Assembly: GCA_963755125.1 (NCBI GenBank)
Contig: CAVWIP010000006.1
Location: 160,001-224,000 of the forward strand
DNA length: 64,000 bases
From: an uncultured delta proteobacterium
Lineage (GTDB): Bacteria > Myxococcota_A > Polyangia > Fen-1088
Reading direction: 5' to 3'
Shown here: positions 48,459 to 57,286 of the stretch, in pieces
Layout: every line of letters begins with the position of its first letter
Position numbering within the stretch: the stretch's first letter is position 1
The notes under the pieces: generated by a model
Database searches by the model: none
What the model saw: only the letters and a program-made list of their open reading frames with translations
What the model was told of the DNA's origin: nothing
Position numbers and translations under genes: made by a program

Positions 48459-50077
48459 TTTCTGATTCCTACCTCGCGGGTGAGCCTGCTGCACACGCGT
48501 TCTTTGCGCCGGGGTTTCGCGACCCGGCCGAACGGCAAAGGGTGGCCCGGCTTGCTGCCGGTCGCAAGCTGCCGGCCGTTTTGCTGGATGTCCTGCGCGA
48601 GCAACAAGCTGTCCTGCCCGCCAGCGCGGCTCGCCAGGCGAATCTGGATGCCCTGGGAAGATGCGGCAGCGCTGTGGTCGCGACCGGGCAGCAGGTGGGA
48701 CTTTTTCTTGGCCCGCTCTACACATTCTACAAGGCGGCCTCGGCGGTTGCCGTGGCGCGGGCCATCGAGGCCGAGTGTGGGATCCGTTGCGTGCCACTCT
48801 TTTGGCTGCAAACCGAGGACCACGATTTCGCCGAGATCCGCACCTGCGCCGTGGCGGGGCCGGATGGGCAGCCCGTGCAACTGGCTTTGGCCGAGGGCAA
48901 CCAGGCGCAGGCCCGCGTTTCCGTGGCGCACCGGTGCCTGGGGCCGGAGATCGGCGCTGTGCTCGACCGATTGGCTGCTCTTCTCGATGGCCAGCCTGGG
49001 GCGGAAGAAGTGCTGGCGCTGCTGCGGGCAGAATATCGGTCCGGGCGGTCCCTGGCCGCGGCCTTTGCCGGGGTGCTGGCAACCCTGTTTGCCGACGAGG
49101 GATTGCTCTTCCTCGATCCGCGCGACGCGCGCATAGCGTCCCTGGCTGCGCCCATCTACCGGTCGTGCATCGAGGACGCCGGTTTGATCGAACGACATTT
49201 GCAAGACCGTCAGGCTGCGCTCTCGGCGGCGGGATTTGCCACGCAGGTGCCGGTTCGCTCCTGTGCGTTGGTGTTCTTTCACCAGGGCAGCGCAGCCGGG
49301 CCGCGCTTTCGCCTGCAGAAGAATGAGCGCGAAGGCGCGGGGGACTGGATCTTGGCTGGGACGACTGAGACCGTAGCTCACGCCGAGTTGCTCGACCTGC
49401 TCGCGCGCGAGCCGTTGCGCTTCTCCACGTCCGCGCTCTTGCGCCCCATCGTGCAGGACGCGCTTCTGCCAACCGCGGCTTATGTGGGCGGTCCCGGCGA
49501 GATCGACTACTTCGCCGAGTTGGGGCCGCTGTATTCGCACTTCGCGGTTCTTCCCCCGTTGCTGGTTCCGCGTGCGCGCTTTCGATGCGTGGACGCTCGC
49601 ACGCGTCGCTGGCTGGAACAGTCCGGGCTGCGCGCTTCTGATCTGGCACATCCTGCACATGAGGTCCGTGCCCGGCTGCAGGCAACACGCCCGACCGGCT
49701 CCCCTGATCCGCAGGAGCTGCGCGATCGCGTGGCCGGGCAGATCTTGCCCGCAGTGGAGGGAATCATCTCGGCCATTTCCGCGACGGGCGAGCACCTGCG
49801 CCGGCCGGTGCAGCGAACGCGGAATAGTGTGGCCCACGCCCTGGAACAGCTCATCGGGCGCTACGCGCGCGGGTTGCTCGAGCGCGATGAGGCGATGCAG
49901 CGAAGGATTCAGCAACTGGAGTTGGTCCTCAATCCTGGCGGTGTTGCGCAGGAGCGCTTCTACGGTTGGCCCTGGTTGGCCGGCCGCTTGGGCGTCGCAG
50001 TCTGCAAGCGCCTGGTGCTGGACCGGCTGGAGCAGGCCGGTGCCTTTGCCACGGACATCCTGGAGCTTCTGCCATGA
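48446..50077 (+). CDS. bshC: Bacillithiol biosynthesis cysteine-adding enzyme
   Basis: VATGQQVGLFLGPLYTFYKA, PLFWL.TEDHDFAEI, S.SALLRP..QD.LLPT.AYVGGPGEI.YFA, QER. Confidence 0.92.
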   Translation: MGRAFSDSYLAGEPAAHAFFAPGFRDPAERQRVARLAAGRKLPAVLLDVLREQQAVLPASAARQANLDALGRCGSAVVATGQQVGLFLGPLYTFYKAASAVAVARAIEAECGIRCVPLFWLQTEDHDFAEIRTCAVAGPDGQPVQLALAEGNQAQARVSVAHRCLGPEIGAVLDRLAALLDGQPGAEEVLALLRAEYRSGRSLAAAFAGVLATLFADEGLLFLDPRDARIASLAAPIYRSCIEDAGLIERHLQDRQAALSAAGFATQVPVRSCALVFFHQGSAAGPRFRLQKNEREGAGDWILAGTTETVAHAELLDLLAREPLRFSTSALLRPIVQDALLPTAAYVGGPGEIDYFAELGPLYSHFAVLPPLLVPRARFRCVDARTRRWLEQSGLRASDLAHPAHEVRARLQATRPTGSPDPQELRDRVAGQILPAVEGIISAISATGEHLRRPVQRTRNSVAHALEQLIGRYARGLLERDEAMQRRIQQLELVLNPGGVAQERFYGWPWLAGRLGVAVCKRLVLDRLEQAGAFATDILELLP

Positions 50078-51234
50078 GCGCAGCTCCGCTGCGCATCGGC
50101 GTTGCGTGCTTCTCCACCTTTGGTGGCAGCGGCGTGATCGCGTCCGAGATCGGGATGTCGATGGCGCGACGGGGCCACCGGGTCGCCTTTCTCAGTGATC
50201 GGCCGCCGGCGCGCCTTGACCTGTCCTGTCCCGGCATTTCCTTTCACGCGGTCGCAGCCCTCGACTATCCCGTGCCGGCACAAAGCTCGTACGACCTGGC
50301 CCTGGCAGCCGAGATGATCGAGGTGGCACAGCGGGAACGACTGGACCTGCTTCATGTCCACTACGCGGTTCCGCACGCGCTGGGCGCCTATCTGGCACGC
50401 CAGGTTCTGGGCGCCGCCGCGCCTAAGATCCTCACCACCCTGCACGGCACCGATGTCACCCGCATCGGCGTGGACCCGAAGTTCTCGTCACTCACGCGCC
50501 TCGCAGTTCTGGCCGGTGACGGCATCACGGCGCCATCGCGCTGGTTGGCGGAGCAGGCCTACCGCCAGCTCGGTCTGCCACGCGCGACGACCATCGAGGT
50601 GATCCCGAACTTCGTCGACACCCATCGGTTTCGCCCGGCTCGCAGCAAGAGCGTGGCCGGAGAGAAGGTTCTGGTTCATGTCTCGAACTTCCGTCCGCTC
50701 AAGCGAGTCGAGGACGTGGTGCGCATCTTCGCGCGCGTGCGGGGCGAGATTCCGACCAGATTGCACCTGGTCGGCGATGGTCCGGAACGCCCGCGCGTCG
50801 AGGCGTTGATCGACTCTCTCGCTCTGGCAGGCGAGGTGAAATTCTTCGGCGAGGGCGTGGACGTGGCGGATGTCCTGCAAGCGAGCCACGTGTTCCTATT
50901 GCCTAGCGAGACCGAAAGTTTCGGCCTGGGCGCGTTGGAGGCAATGGCCTGCGGCGTACCGGTGGTGGCCTCAAACGTGGGCGGTCTTCCCGAGGTGGTG
51001 CTCGACGGCGAGACCGGTTTTCTGGCCCCGGTGGGAGACGTGGAGGCGATGGCGAAACGGGTGCGCCGGCTGCTCAGCGACGGGGATCTTCACGCCCGGA
51101 TGTCGCGGGCCGCGCGCGACCGCGCCGAGGCGCAGTTCCAACTCGAACCGGCCGTGGCGCGCTACCAGGCGGCCTATCGTCGAATCATCGGCGGCGCTAC
51201 AGCTTCTTCTTCCACTCGCCCAGCGCCTTCTTGA
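50074..51234 (+). CDS. bshA: N-acetyl-alpha-D-glucosaminyl L-malate synthase (GT4)
   Basis: TFGGSGVIASEIG, LLHVHYAVPHA, TTLHGTDVT, HVSNFRPLKR, ESFGL.ALEAMACG; ATGA overlap with bshC. Confidence 0.95.
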   Translation: MSAAPLRIGVACFSTFGGSGVIASEIGMSMARRGHRVAFLSDRPPARLDLSCPGISFHAVAALDYPVPAQSSYDLALAAEMIEVAQRERLDLLHVHYAVPHALGAYLARQVLGAAAPKILTTLHGTDVTRIGVDPKFSSLTRLAVLAGDGITAPSRWLAEQAYRQLGLPRATTIEVIPNFVDTHRFRPARSKSVAGEKVLVHVSNFRPLKRVEDVVRIFARVRGEIPTRLHLVGDGPERPRVEALIDSLALAGEVKFFGEGVDVADVLQASHVFLLPSETESFGLGALEAMACGVPVVASNVGGLPEVVLDGETGFLAPVGDVEAMAKRVRRLLSDGDLHARMSRAARDRAEAQFQLEPAVARYQAAYRRIIGGATASSSTRPAPS

Positions 51235-52051
51235 CGTCGGGTTCGAAGAAGAAGTACTCGGCCTTCTGGCCAAGCTGGTAGGCCTTTTCGGCCAGCGGGT
51301 ACGCATCCTTGTAGTTGCCCTTGGCCGCGAGCAGCGAGGCCTTGATCCAGAGATTGAACCAATCTTCTTTGAGGGCCAGCGACTGGTCGATGTACTTCAA
51401 GCCGGTGGCGTAGTCTTTCTTGTTATCCAGCATGTAGCGCGCAGCAAAGGCGAAGGTTCGCCAGGTGCCGTCGATGCTGGCGGCAATGTTGGCCAGGGCT
51501 TGCTCGGCGGTGTGGACCTGGATGGGGATGGGCAGGAGCAGACGCTCCCATTCCAGATTGAGCGTGGCCTCGTCGTCGGTGAAATCCGCGAAGACAAACG
51601 TCATGCGCTCGCGGAAGGGAGCAGACTTGGTTTGCACCTGCACGCGCAAGAGATCCAGGTCGGCCTTGTACTCGCGCCCCGTGCCAGCCTGGTCGGCCTT
51701 CTTGTTGAGCACCACGGTCCACGCGCCCTTGGAGGGGATGGTGAACAGGGCGTAGCTGCCCGCCGGCACGGGCTTGCCGGCAAAGACCACGTCCTTGCTG
51801 AAGCTGATCTTGGTGGCCTGATTGGCGCCGGTTCGCCACATCTGATCGAAAGGCACCAGGCCGCCCCAGATCCTGCGCCCCTTGACCGCCGGGCTGCTGT
51901 ACTCGACCGACATCTCGGTCAGGCCCACCACCTGCGAGACCTTGGCCGAAGGACTGGGACGCGGCAACTCGGGCTGGGACATGGCCAGAGAGGATAGCAG
52001 GAAAAGGGACGTACCAACCATCGCGGTGAAAGCAACACGGACGCTCGACAT
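51197..52051 (-). CDS. DUF2911 domain exported protein
   Basis: PRPSP...VSQ.VGLT...VEYSSP.VKGR.IWGGLVP...WRTGAN..T, YALFTIP; TPR-like tail. Confidence 0.88.
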   Translation of the reverse strand: MSSVRVAFTAMVGTSLFLLSSLAMSQPELPRPSPSAKVSQVVGLTEMSVEYSSPAVKGRRIWGGLVPFDQMWRTGANQATKISFSKDVVFAGKPVPAGSYALFTIPSKGAWTVVLNKKADQAGTGREYKADLDLLRVQVQTKSAPFRERMTFVFADFTDDEATLNLEWERLLLPIPIQVHTAEQALANIAASIDGTWRTFAFAARYMLDNKKDYATGLKYIDQSLALKEDWFNLWIKASLLAAKGNYKDAYPLAEKAYQLGQKAEYFFFEPDVKKALGEWKKKL

Positions 52052-52206
52052 GTGAACACGCTCCTTCCACGTCGCCGTCGAATTACCAGGCGGCAACCAT
52101 GAAGGATCTAGCACGCCCGCCCGCTCATGCACGCGCAGGGCGCGACCGGTTGCTGCGCCTCCGCAAGAGGCACGTCACTTCGCGCAGCCCGACGGCATGA
52201 CCGAGA

Positions 52207-53076
52207 TCACTCCTTCTCGCAGGCGCGGTAGGGCGAGAATTCCCGCCCCATGTCGCTGCTTCGGTAGGCTTGCAACTCGGCCGGAGTGTAGGCGACGGGG
52301 CTTCCACAGGGAAGCTGACTCTGGATGAATCTTTCGATCGCATTCGCCGCGCGCACGCCCTCGGGCGTGGCATCCGTCTCGCGCCAAAGCTGGAACAAGA
52401 CGCGCCGGCGCTCGCGGGCTGAGTAGCGCGAATCCCCCCACAGGTCGGCAAGCGCCTCCGGCAGATGGACCAAGGACTTGCGTATGTCCTCCCAGCGAGC
52501 CGCCACGGCCAGCTTCATCCTGAACTCGAAAGTCGCAGCGAGAAAACGCGCCTTTTCCACCCGATAGGGATCCTGACCCATGGCGCGCATGATCTCATCG
52601 GTCAGGTCCATCGTCACACCGGGGCCCCCGACGACCAGGCTGTCGGGCAGCGCGTAGCAGGAGGAGTTGAGCGGGCAGATCTCGGAGGGCTCCAACCTGT
52701 CGGCTGGCGAGCGGGGCGGCGGTGCGAGCGGCGCCGCGGGCTGCGGGCGCTTGGCCGCGCGGCCGAAGAGCAGGTCTTGCAGAGTCCCAGTCTCGCCCGT
52801 GGGAGGCACCGGTCTGCTCACCAACCCCACGTGATCGAAGAACGCCCGTCGATCATGAAAAGTGACCACGCCGTCCCGTGTGACTCTGGCCTCGAAGGCC
52901 TGCTCCTTGTACAGGTAGCCGTCTCCCGCGTGGCGAAGCCGGTACTCCGTTTGTGACATGCCGGCCGGCGGCGCACGCGTCGTGAGCCAGATGGGCACGC
53001 CGGCGTCAGGATGCACCGCCGCGCCCGCATCGCCGGCCAGCGTGACGACTGTGATTAAGAACGCGAATCCCACCAT
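52207..53076 (-). CDS. Hypothetical exported protein
   Basis: Signal peptide, DPY..EK.RFL..TFE.R, RR.LF.LW.E motifs. Confidence 0.75.
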   Translation of the reverse strand: MVGFAFLITVVTLAGDAGAAVHPDAGVPIWLTTRAPPAGMSQTEYRLRHAGDGYLYKEQAFEARVTRDGVVTFHDRRAFFDHVGLVSRPVPPTGETGTLQDLLFGRAAKRPQPAAPLAPPPRSPADRLEPSEICPLNSSCYALPDSLVVGGPGVTMDLTDEIMRAMGQDPYRVEKARFLAATFEFRMKLAVAARWEDIRKSLVHLPEALADLWGDSRYSARERRRVLFQLWRETDATPEGVRAANAIERFIQSQLPCGSPVAYTPAELQAYRSSDMGREFSPYRACEKE

Positions 53077-53127
53077 CTGAGCATAAGCCAGCCAAGCCCG
53101 AAGCGCCCGTCCTGGCTGCTCGCCTCA

Positions 53128-54204
53128 TCAGGTGCCCAACCTACTCGAAGGAATGCCTTCGTGCATGTTGAGCACGACCTTAATGACGCCGGGATCTTCG
53201 CTGTCCACCAATTTGAAGGCTGCCGCGGCCTCTTGGACGGGCATTTCGTGCGTGATGAGCCGTTCGGGGTGAAGCAGGCCCTTGGCCAAGAGTCGCAGCG
53301 CGCGCGGAAATTCGCCTGCGGTCACACGCGTTGCGATGATCTCGCCTTCCTTCATCACCAGAGTCTTGAAGTGCACGGGCGTGAGCTGTTCGCCCAGGCC
53401 AGCTGTCACCACGCGCCCGCCCGGACGAATCATCTTTACGGCTTGGGCCAGCGGTGGCTCGCGGCCGGGGATCTCGTGGGCGTGCCCCACGCACTCGATC
53501 ACGCAATCAACGCCCACGCCATGGGTCAGCTCGCGCGCGCGTTCCACCGGATCGTCATGGCGAATGTCGACCACATGATCCGCGCCCAAGGCGCGCGCGG
53601 TATCCAAGCGAAACGGGGCAAAATCGCAAACGATGGTGAAGGCCGCGCCGGCGCCGTGGCAGAGCACGTCGAGCACTGACAGCCCGAGCTTGCCCGCGCC
53701 CAGGAGCGCCACCGTCTCGCCCGGTTGCACGTGTCCGCGCTGCAGGACGTGGTGACCGAGCCCGTACATCTCGACCATGGGCACCACCTTCATCCCCACG
53801 TTGTCGGGCAGACGGTAAAGGTTGGCTTGCGGAACCGCCACGAACTGGCCAAAGCCGCCGTCAAGATCCAGTCCCAGCAACTTGAGCGTGGCGCAGCAGT
53901 TGATGTGTCCTTCCAGGCACGCGGGGCAGGCGTGGCAGGGCAAGATGGGATCCACGGCCACTCGATCGCCGGCCGCAAGGCCGCGAACGTCCGGCCCGAC
54001 TTCCTGGATCACGCCGCCGAATTCGTGACCCAAGATGGCGGGGAATCGCACTCGGCCGTGAAACTCTCCCCGATAGACGTGCAAATCGGTGCCGCAGATG
54101 CCGGCGTTGCTGATTCGCACCAGCACTTCGCCGCGCCGGATGTCCGGGTCAGGAGCGTCGCCAAAGTGCAAAGTTCGATCGCTGGTGAGAACGGCAGCTT
54201 TCAT
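53128..54204 (-). CDS. Zn-dependent (MDR) sugar/polyol dehydrogenase
   Basis: GICGTDLH, GHE, C..C..C.......C, GAGKLG. Confidence 0.92.
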   Translation of the reverse strand: MKAAVLTSDRTLHFGDAPDPDIRRGEVLVRISNAGICGTDLHVYRGEFHGRVRFPAILGHEFGGVIQEVGPDVRGLAAGDRVAVDPILPCHACPACLEGHINCCATLKLLGLDLDGGFGQFVAVPQANLYRLPDNVGMKVVPMVEMYGLGHHVLQRGHVQPGETVALLGAGKLGLSVLDVLCHGAGAAFTIVCDFAPFRLDTARALGADHVVDIRHDDPVERARELTHGVGVDCVIECVGHAHEIPGREPPLAQAVKMIRPGGRVVTAGLGEQLTPVHFKTLVMKEGEIIATRVTAGEFPRALRLLAKGLLHPERLITHEMPVQEAAAAFKLVDSEDPGVIKVVLNMHEGIPSSRLGT

Positions 54205-54370
54205 GGCGTCTGGGGCTGCCCGCGAAGGGCGTCCGAGCTTACCGCAAAACGGCTGGAGCAGAGGAGGGCCCTTGGGCTGGTGAGGAGGGATGTCTCGGCG
54301 AACAGCCGCGCTGACGAAAAGATGACAATAGCCTGAATCCGGCAGCACGGCACAGTGCTCAGGCATGAAG

Positions 54371-54390
54371 ACTGAACGATTTCGTTCAGT
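54371..54390. promoter_or_regulatory. Inverted repeat ACTGAACGA-TT-TCGTTCAGT; candidate operator
   Basis: Perfect 9-bp arms in the divergent region between the dehydrogenase and the radical SAM gene. Confidence 0.55.
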
Positions 54391-54536
54391 TGGGCGTGTC
54401 AGGATTCTGCAAGCACAGCGGCCATCGAGGTTTCGCGTCGTCCGATGCAGAAGAACTGATGGACGGGGCGGACTGGGGCTGCGAGATTCTATTCCTAGAT
54501 GTTCAATCAGCGACGGCTGACGGCGGCCAAGGCAAC

Positions 54537-55973
54537 GTGAGAATTCGCTTCGTCTACCCGGATCCGAACCCTCGCGTGGGCTTGAGTGGACGGAGGGTTG
54601 AAAGCGCCGCGCTTCAGCTCTTGGCCGCGATCACGCCGCCCGAGCACGACGTTTCCGTCCTGCAAGAGCATCTGGGTGACGCGATTCGCTTCGACGACGC
54701 CGACGTCGATCTGGTGGGCATCTCCGCCATGACCATCCAGGCCCGCCGTGCCTACGAGATCGCCGACGGGTATCGCAGCGCCGGCAAGAAGGTGGTCCTG
54801 GGCGGAATTCATCCCTCGGTGCAGCCCGCCGAGGCTCTACAGCACGCCGACGCGGTGGTGGTGGGCGAGGCTGAACCGGTCTGGTCGCAAGTGCTCGCAG
54901 ATGCGGCGACGGGCAAGCTGCACGGCCTGTATCGCGGCAAGGAATACGCGGACCTTACCCAGCTTCCCGCCTACCGACGTGACCTGTTCCCTAAGCGGTC
55001 GACCTTGTCGCTCGCATCGGTGCAGGCGGCGCGGGGCTGTCCCTATGATTGCTCCTTTTGTTCGGCCACGTTGTTCTCCGGTCGCAAGTACCGCTACCGT
55101 CCGGTGGAGAACGTCATTGCCGAGATAAAGGCGCTGAAGACGCGCGTCATCTTCTTTCTCGACGACAACATCTTTTCCAGCGAGCCGTACTGCCGTGCGC
55201 TCTTCACCGAGATCAAGAAGCTGGATATCATCTGGGTCGGGCAGGCTTCACTGCACCTCACCGCAGGCAACCCCAGCCTGCTCAAACTCGCGCTTGACAG
55301 CGGCTGCATCTCCCTCTTCGTGGGCATCGAGTCGCTGACCGCCTCCAACCTGAAGGCCACCGGTTCGCTGGCCAAGAACCGGGTGAGCACGCCCGCAGAG
55401 ATCGGAAAGAGCATCCGTGTCCTGCACGATCACAACATCGTGGTCATGGCGGGTGTGATCTTCGGGTTTGATGACGACGATCCCGAGGTATTTGATCGAA
55501 CCCGGGAATTCCTGATCGCGAACCGCGTGGGCCATGGATCCTTTTCGGCTCTCACGCCCTTCCCGGGAACCAAGCTGTTCGAGACGCTGCACGCCCAGTC
55601 ACGCATCACAACCTACGATTGGTCGAAGTATGACGGGGCGACCGCGGTGTTCTTGCCCAAGATGATGACCGCCGAGCAATTGCAGGAAGGCACCCGCCAG
55701 ATAGGCGTCAACTTCTACAGCACGCCGAAGATCCTTCGCCGCTTCTGGACGAATCGGCATCATCCGCTTTTCTACCTGGCCACGAGTTTTGCCTGGAGGC
55801 ATTCCAACCGTTTGGAGAACCATGTGCCGTTCCTGCGTTCCAGCGGTTCGTGGAGAGACCACGGCAAGTCCTCCGCGCTCGCGATCGAGAGATCGGCCGA
55901 GCAGAGACTGCTCGCGTCCGCGGATGAAAGTGGCGAGCAAGAGATTGCTCGGGCTGTTGGGGTTCCCAGATAA
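54537..55973 (+). CDS. B12-binding-domain radical SAM protein
   Basis: DLVGIS, VVLGGIHPS, GEAE, RGCPYDCSFC, DDN, GIES, TPFPGT. Confidence 0.92.
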   Translation: MRIRFVYPDPNPRVGLSGRRVESAALQLLAAITPPEHDVSVLQEHLGDAIRFDDADVDLVGISAMTIQARRAYEIADGYRSAGKKVVLGGIHPSVQPAEALQHADAVVVGEAEPVWSQVLADAATGKLHGLYRGKEYADLTQLPAYRRDLFPKRSTLSLASVQAARGCPYDCSFCSATLFSGRKYRYRPVENVIAEIKALKTRVIFFLDDNIFSSEPYCRALFTEIKKLDIIWVGQASLHLTAGNPSLLKLALDSGCISLFVGIESLTASNLKATGSLAKNRVSTPAEIGKSIRVLHDHNIVVMAGVIFGFDDDDPEVFDRTREFLIANRVGHGSFSALTPFPGTKLFETLHAQSRITTYDWSKYDGATAVFLPKMMTAEQLQEGTRQIGVNFYSTPKILRRFWTNRHHPLFYLATSFAWRHSNRLENHVPFLRSSGSWRDHGKSSALAIERSAEQRLLASADESGEQEIARAVGVPR

Positions 55974-56123
55974 CGCGACTGGGGACCGTCTGGGGGCGGC
56001 CCACCGCCAGGTGAGTGGAGCCCGGGGGCAACGGGAAATGGCCCCCGTGCTGTCCCGATATGACGCGAGAAGTTTGCGTTTGCCGATTGTCGAACGCGTG
56101 CCGGAAGCGTAGCCTTATCGGTC

Positions 56124-57101
56124 GTGCAGTCCCCTCGTTTCGTTCTGCTTCCGCTGCTCATTTGCGCTGGCGCCTGTGAAGGGCCTACCGGCCTTCGCAG
56201 CTTGCCCTGTTCGACGTCGGGTGCGACGCAGCCGTGCTCGATGTTTTGTGGAAACGGGGTCGAGACCTGTACCAATGGTGTGTGGTCGGCGTGCGTGGTA
56301 CCGCCAACCCGTGTGCCCTGCTCGAACACCTGTGGTTCGGGCACCCAACTTTGTCAGGACAACCAGATTCAGGGCGTGTGCGAGGTCGATCCTGTCGTGA
56401 CAGACTGCTCGAGCATTTGCGGCCCTGGCACAGTAACCTGCGCGGATGACAAGCTGGGGACGTGCTCCGCGCCCCAGCCGAAGCCGGCCGAACTTACGGC
56501 CACCATCCGCGATTTTCACATTACCTTCCCCGACATGAACCACGATGGCGTTGCCGAGACGGGCATTGTGGCCTCTGTGCTCGGCGCTGACGACAAACCG
56601 GTCTATGCCCATGCCGGGCCGACCGCGACGGTGAGCGGACCGGAGACCTTCAATGAGTGGTACAACGACGTGGACGGAGTCAATATCTCGACGTCGATCC
56701 CCATTCCGCTGATGCAGTCCTCTGCGCAGAAGGGCGTTTACACCTACGACAATAGGTCTTTCTTTCCCATCGACAACCAACTCTTTGGTGACGAGGGACA
56801 AGCGCACAACTACGCTTTCACCGCCGAGGTCGCGACCCGTTTTCTCTACAATGGTGGGGAGATCTTCACCTTCGCAGGTGACGACGATGTCTTCGTGTTC
56901 ATCAACCGCATCTTGGCCATCGACCTCGGCGGGATTCACTCCATTATGTGGCAGACCGTGGATCTCGACGCCCAGGCCGAGGCTCTGGGCATCGCCAAGG
57001 GCGGTATCTACTCGATGAACATCTTCTTCGCCGAGCGGCATCCGGTTGGCTCCGACTTCGTGATCGAAACCACGATTTCTGAATTCGACGTATGTAACTA
57101 G
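56124..57101 (+). CDS. Fibro-slime (PA14-like) domain lipoprotein
   Basis: IRDF, FFPIDNQLFG, HNYAFT, GDDDVFVFIN..LAIDLGGIH, FFAERH. Confidence 0.9.
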   Translation: MQSPRFVLLPLLICAGACEGPTGLRSLPCSTSGATQPCSMFCGNGVETCTNGVWSACVVPPTRVPCSNTCGSGTQLCQDNQIQGVCEVDPVVTDCSSICGPGTVTCADDKLGTCSAPQPKPAELTATIRDFHITFPDMNHDGVAETGIVASVLGADDKPVYAHAGPTATVSGPETFNEWYNDVDGVNISTSIPIPLMQSSAQKGVYTYDNRSFFPIDNQLFGDEGQAHNYAFTAEVATRFLYNGGEIFTFAGDDDVFVFINRILAIDLGGIHSIMWQTVDLDAQAEALGIAKGGIYSMNIFFAERHPVGSDFVIETTISEFDVCN

Positions 57102-57286
57102 ACGCCTTCGTCGACATGGAGAGGAGCGCGTCGAAGAGCGCACTGCCGACCGCGAGGAACGCGGCGATCGTCTACAGTCGGGCACGACGTCGCTTGTTTT
57201 GAGCTTGCGGTCGACCCCGGATTGGCGTCAAATGCCGGCGATTCGGGTGCCACCGTGCAACACTTCCCGAGGGAAAGGACAAACAA

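Noticed and set aside
48459..49688. N-terminal 410 aa of the 1274-aa minus-strand ORF
   Set aside because: Arg/Pro-rich antisense shadow of bshC; PIG-L-like sequence begins only below about 48458.
54205..54536. Cobalamin riboswitch upstream of the B12 radical SAM gene
   Set aside because: No B12-box or other conserved riboswitch elements were recognised.
54537..55973. Radical SAM enzyme as a bacillithiol-modifying methylase
   Set aside because: Separated from bshA by three genes, and known N-methyl-bacillithiol formation uses a conventional SAM methyltransferase; no supporting evidence.
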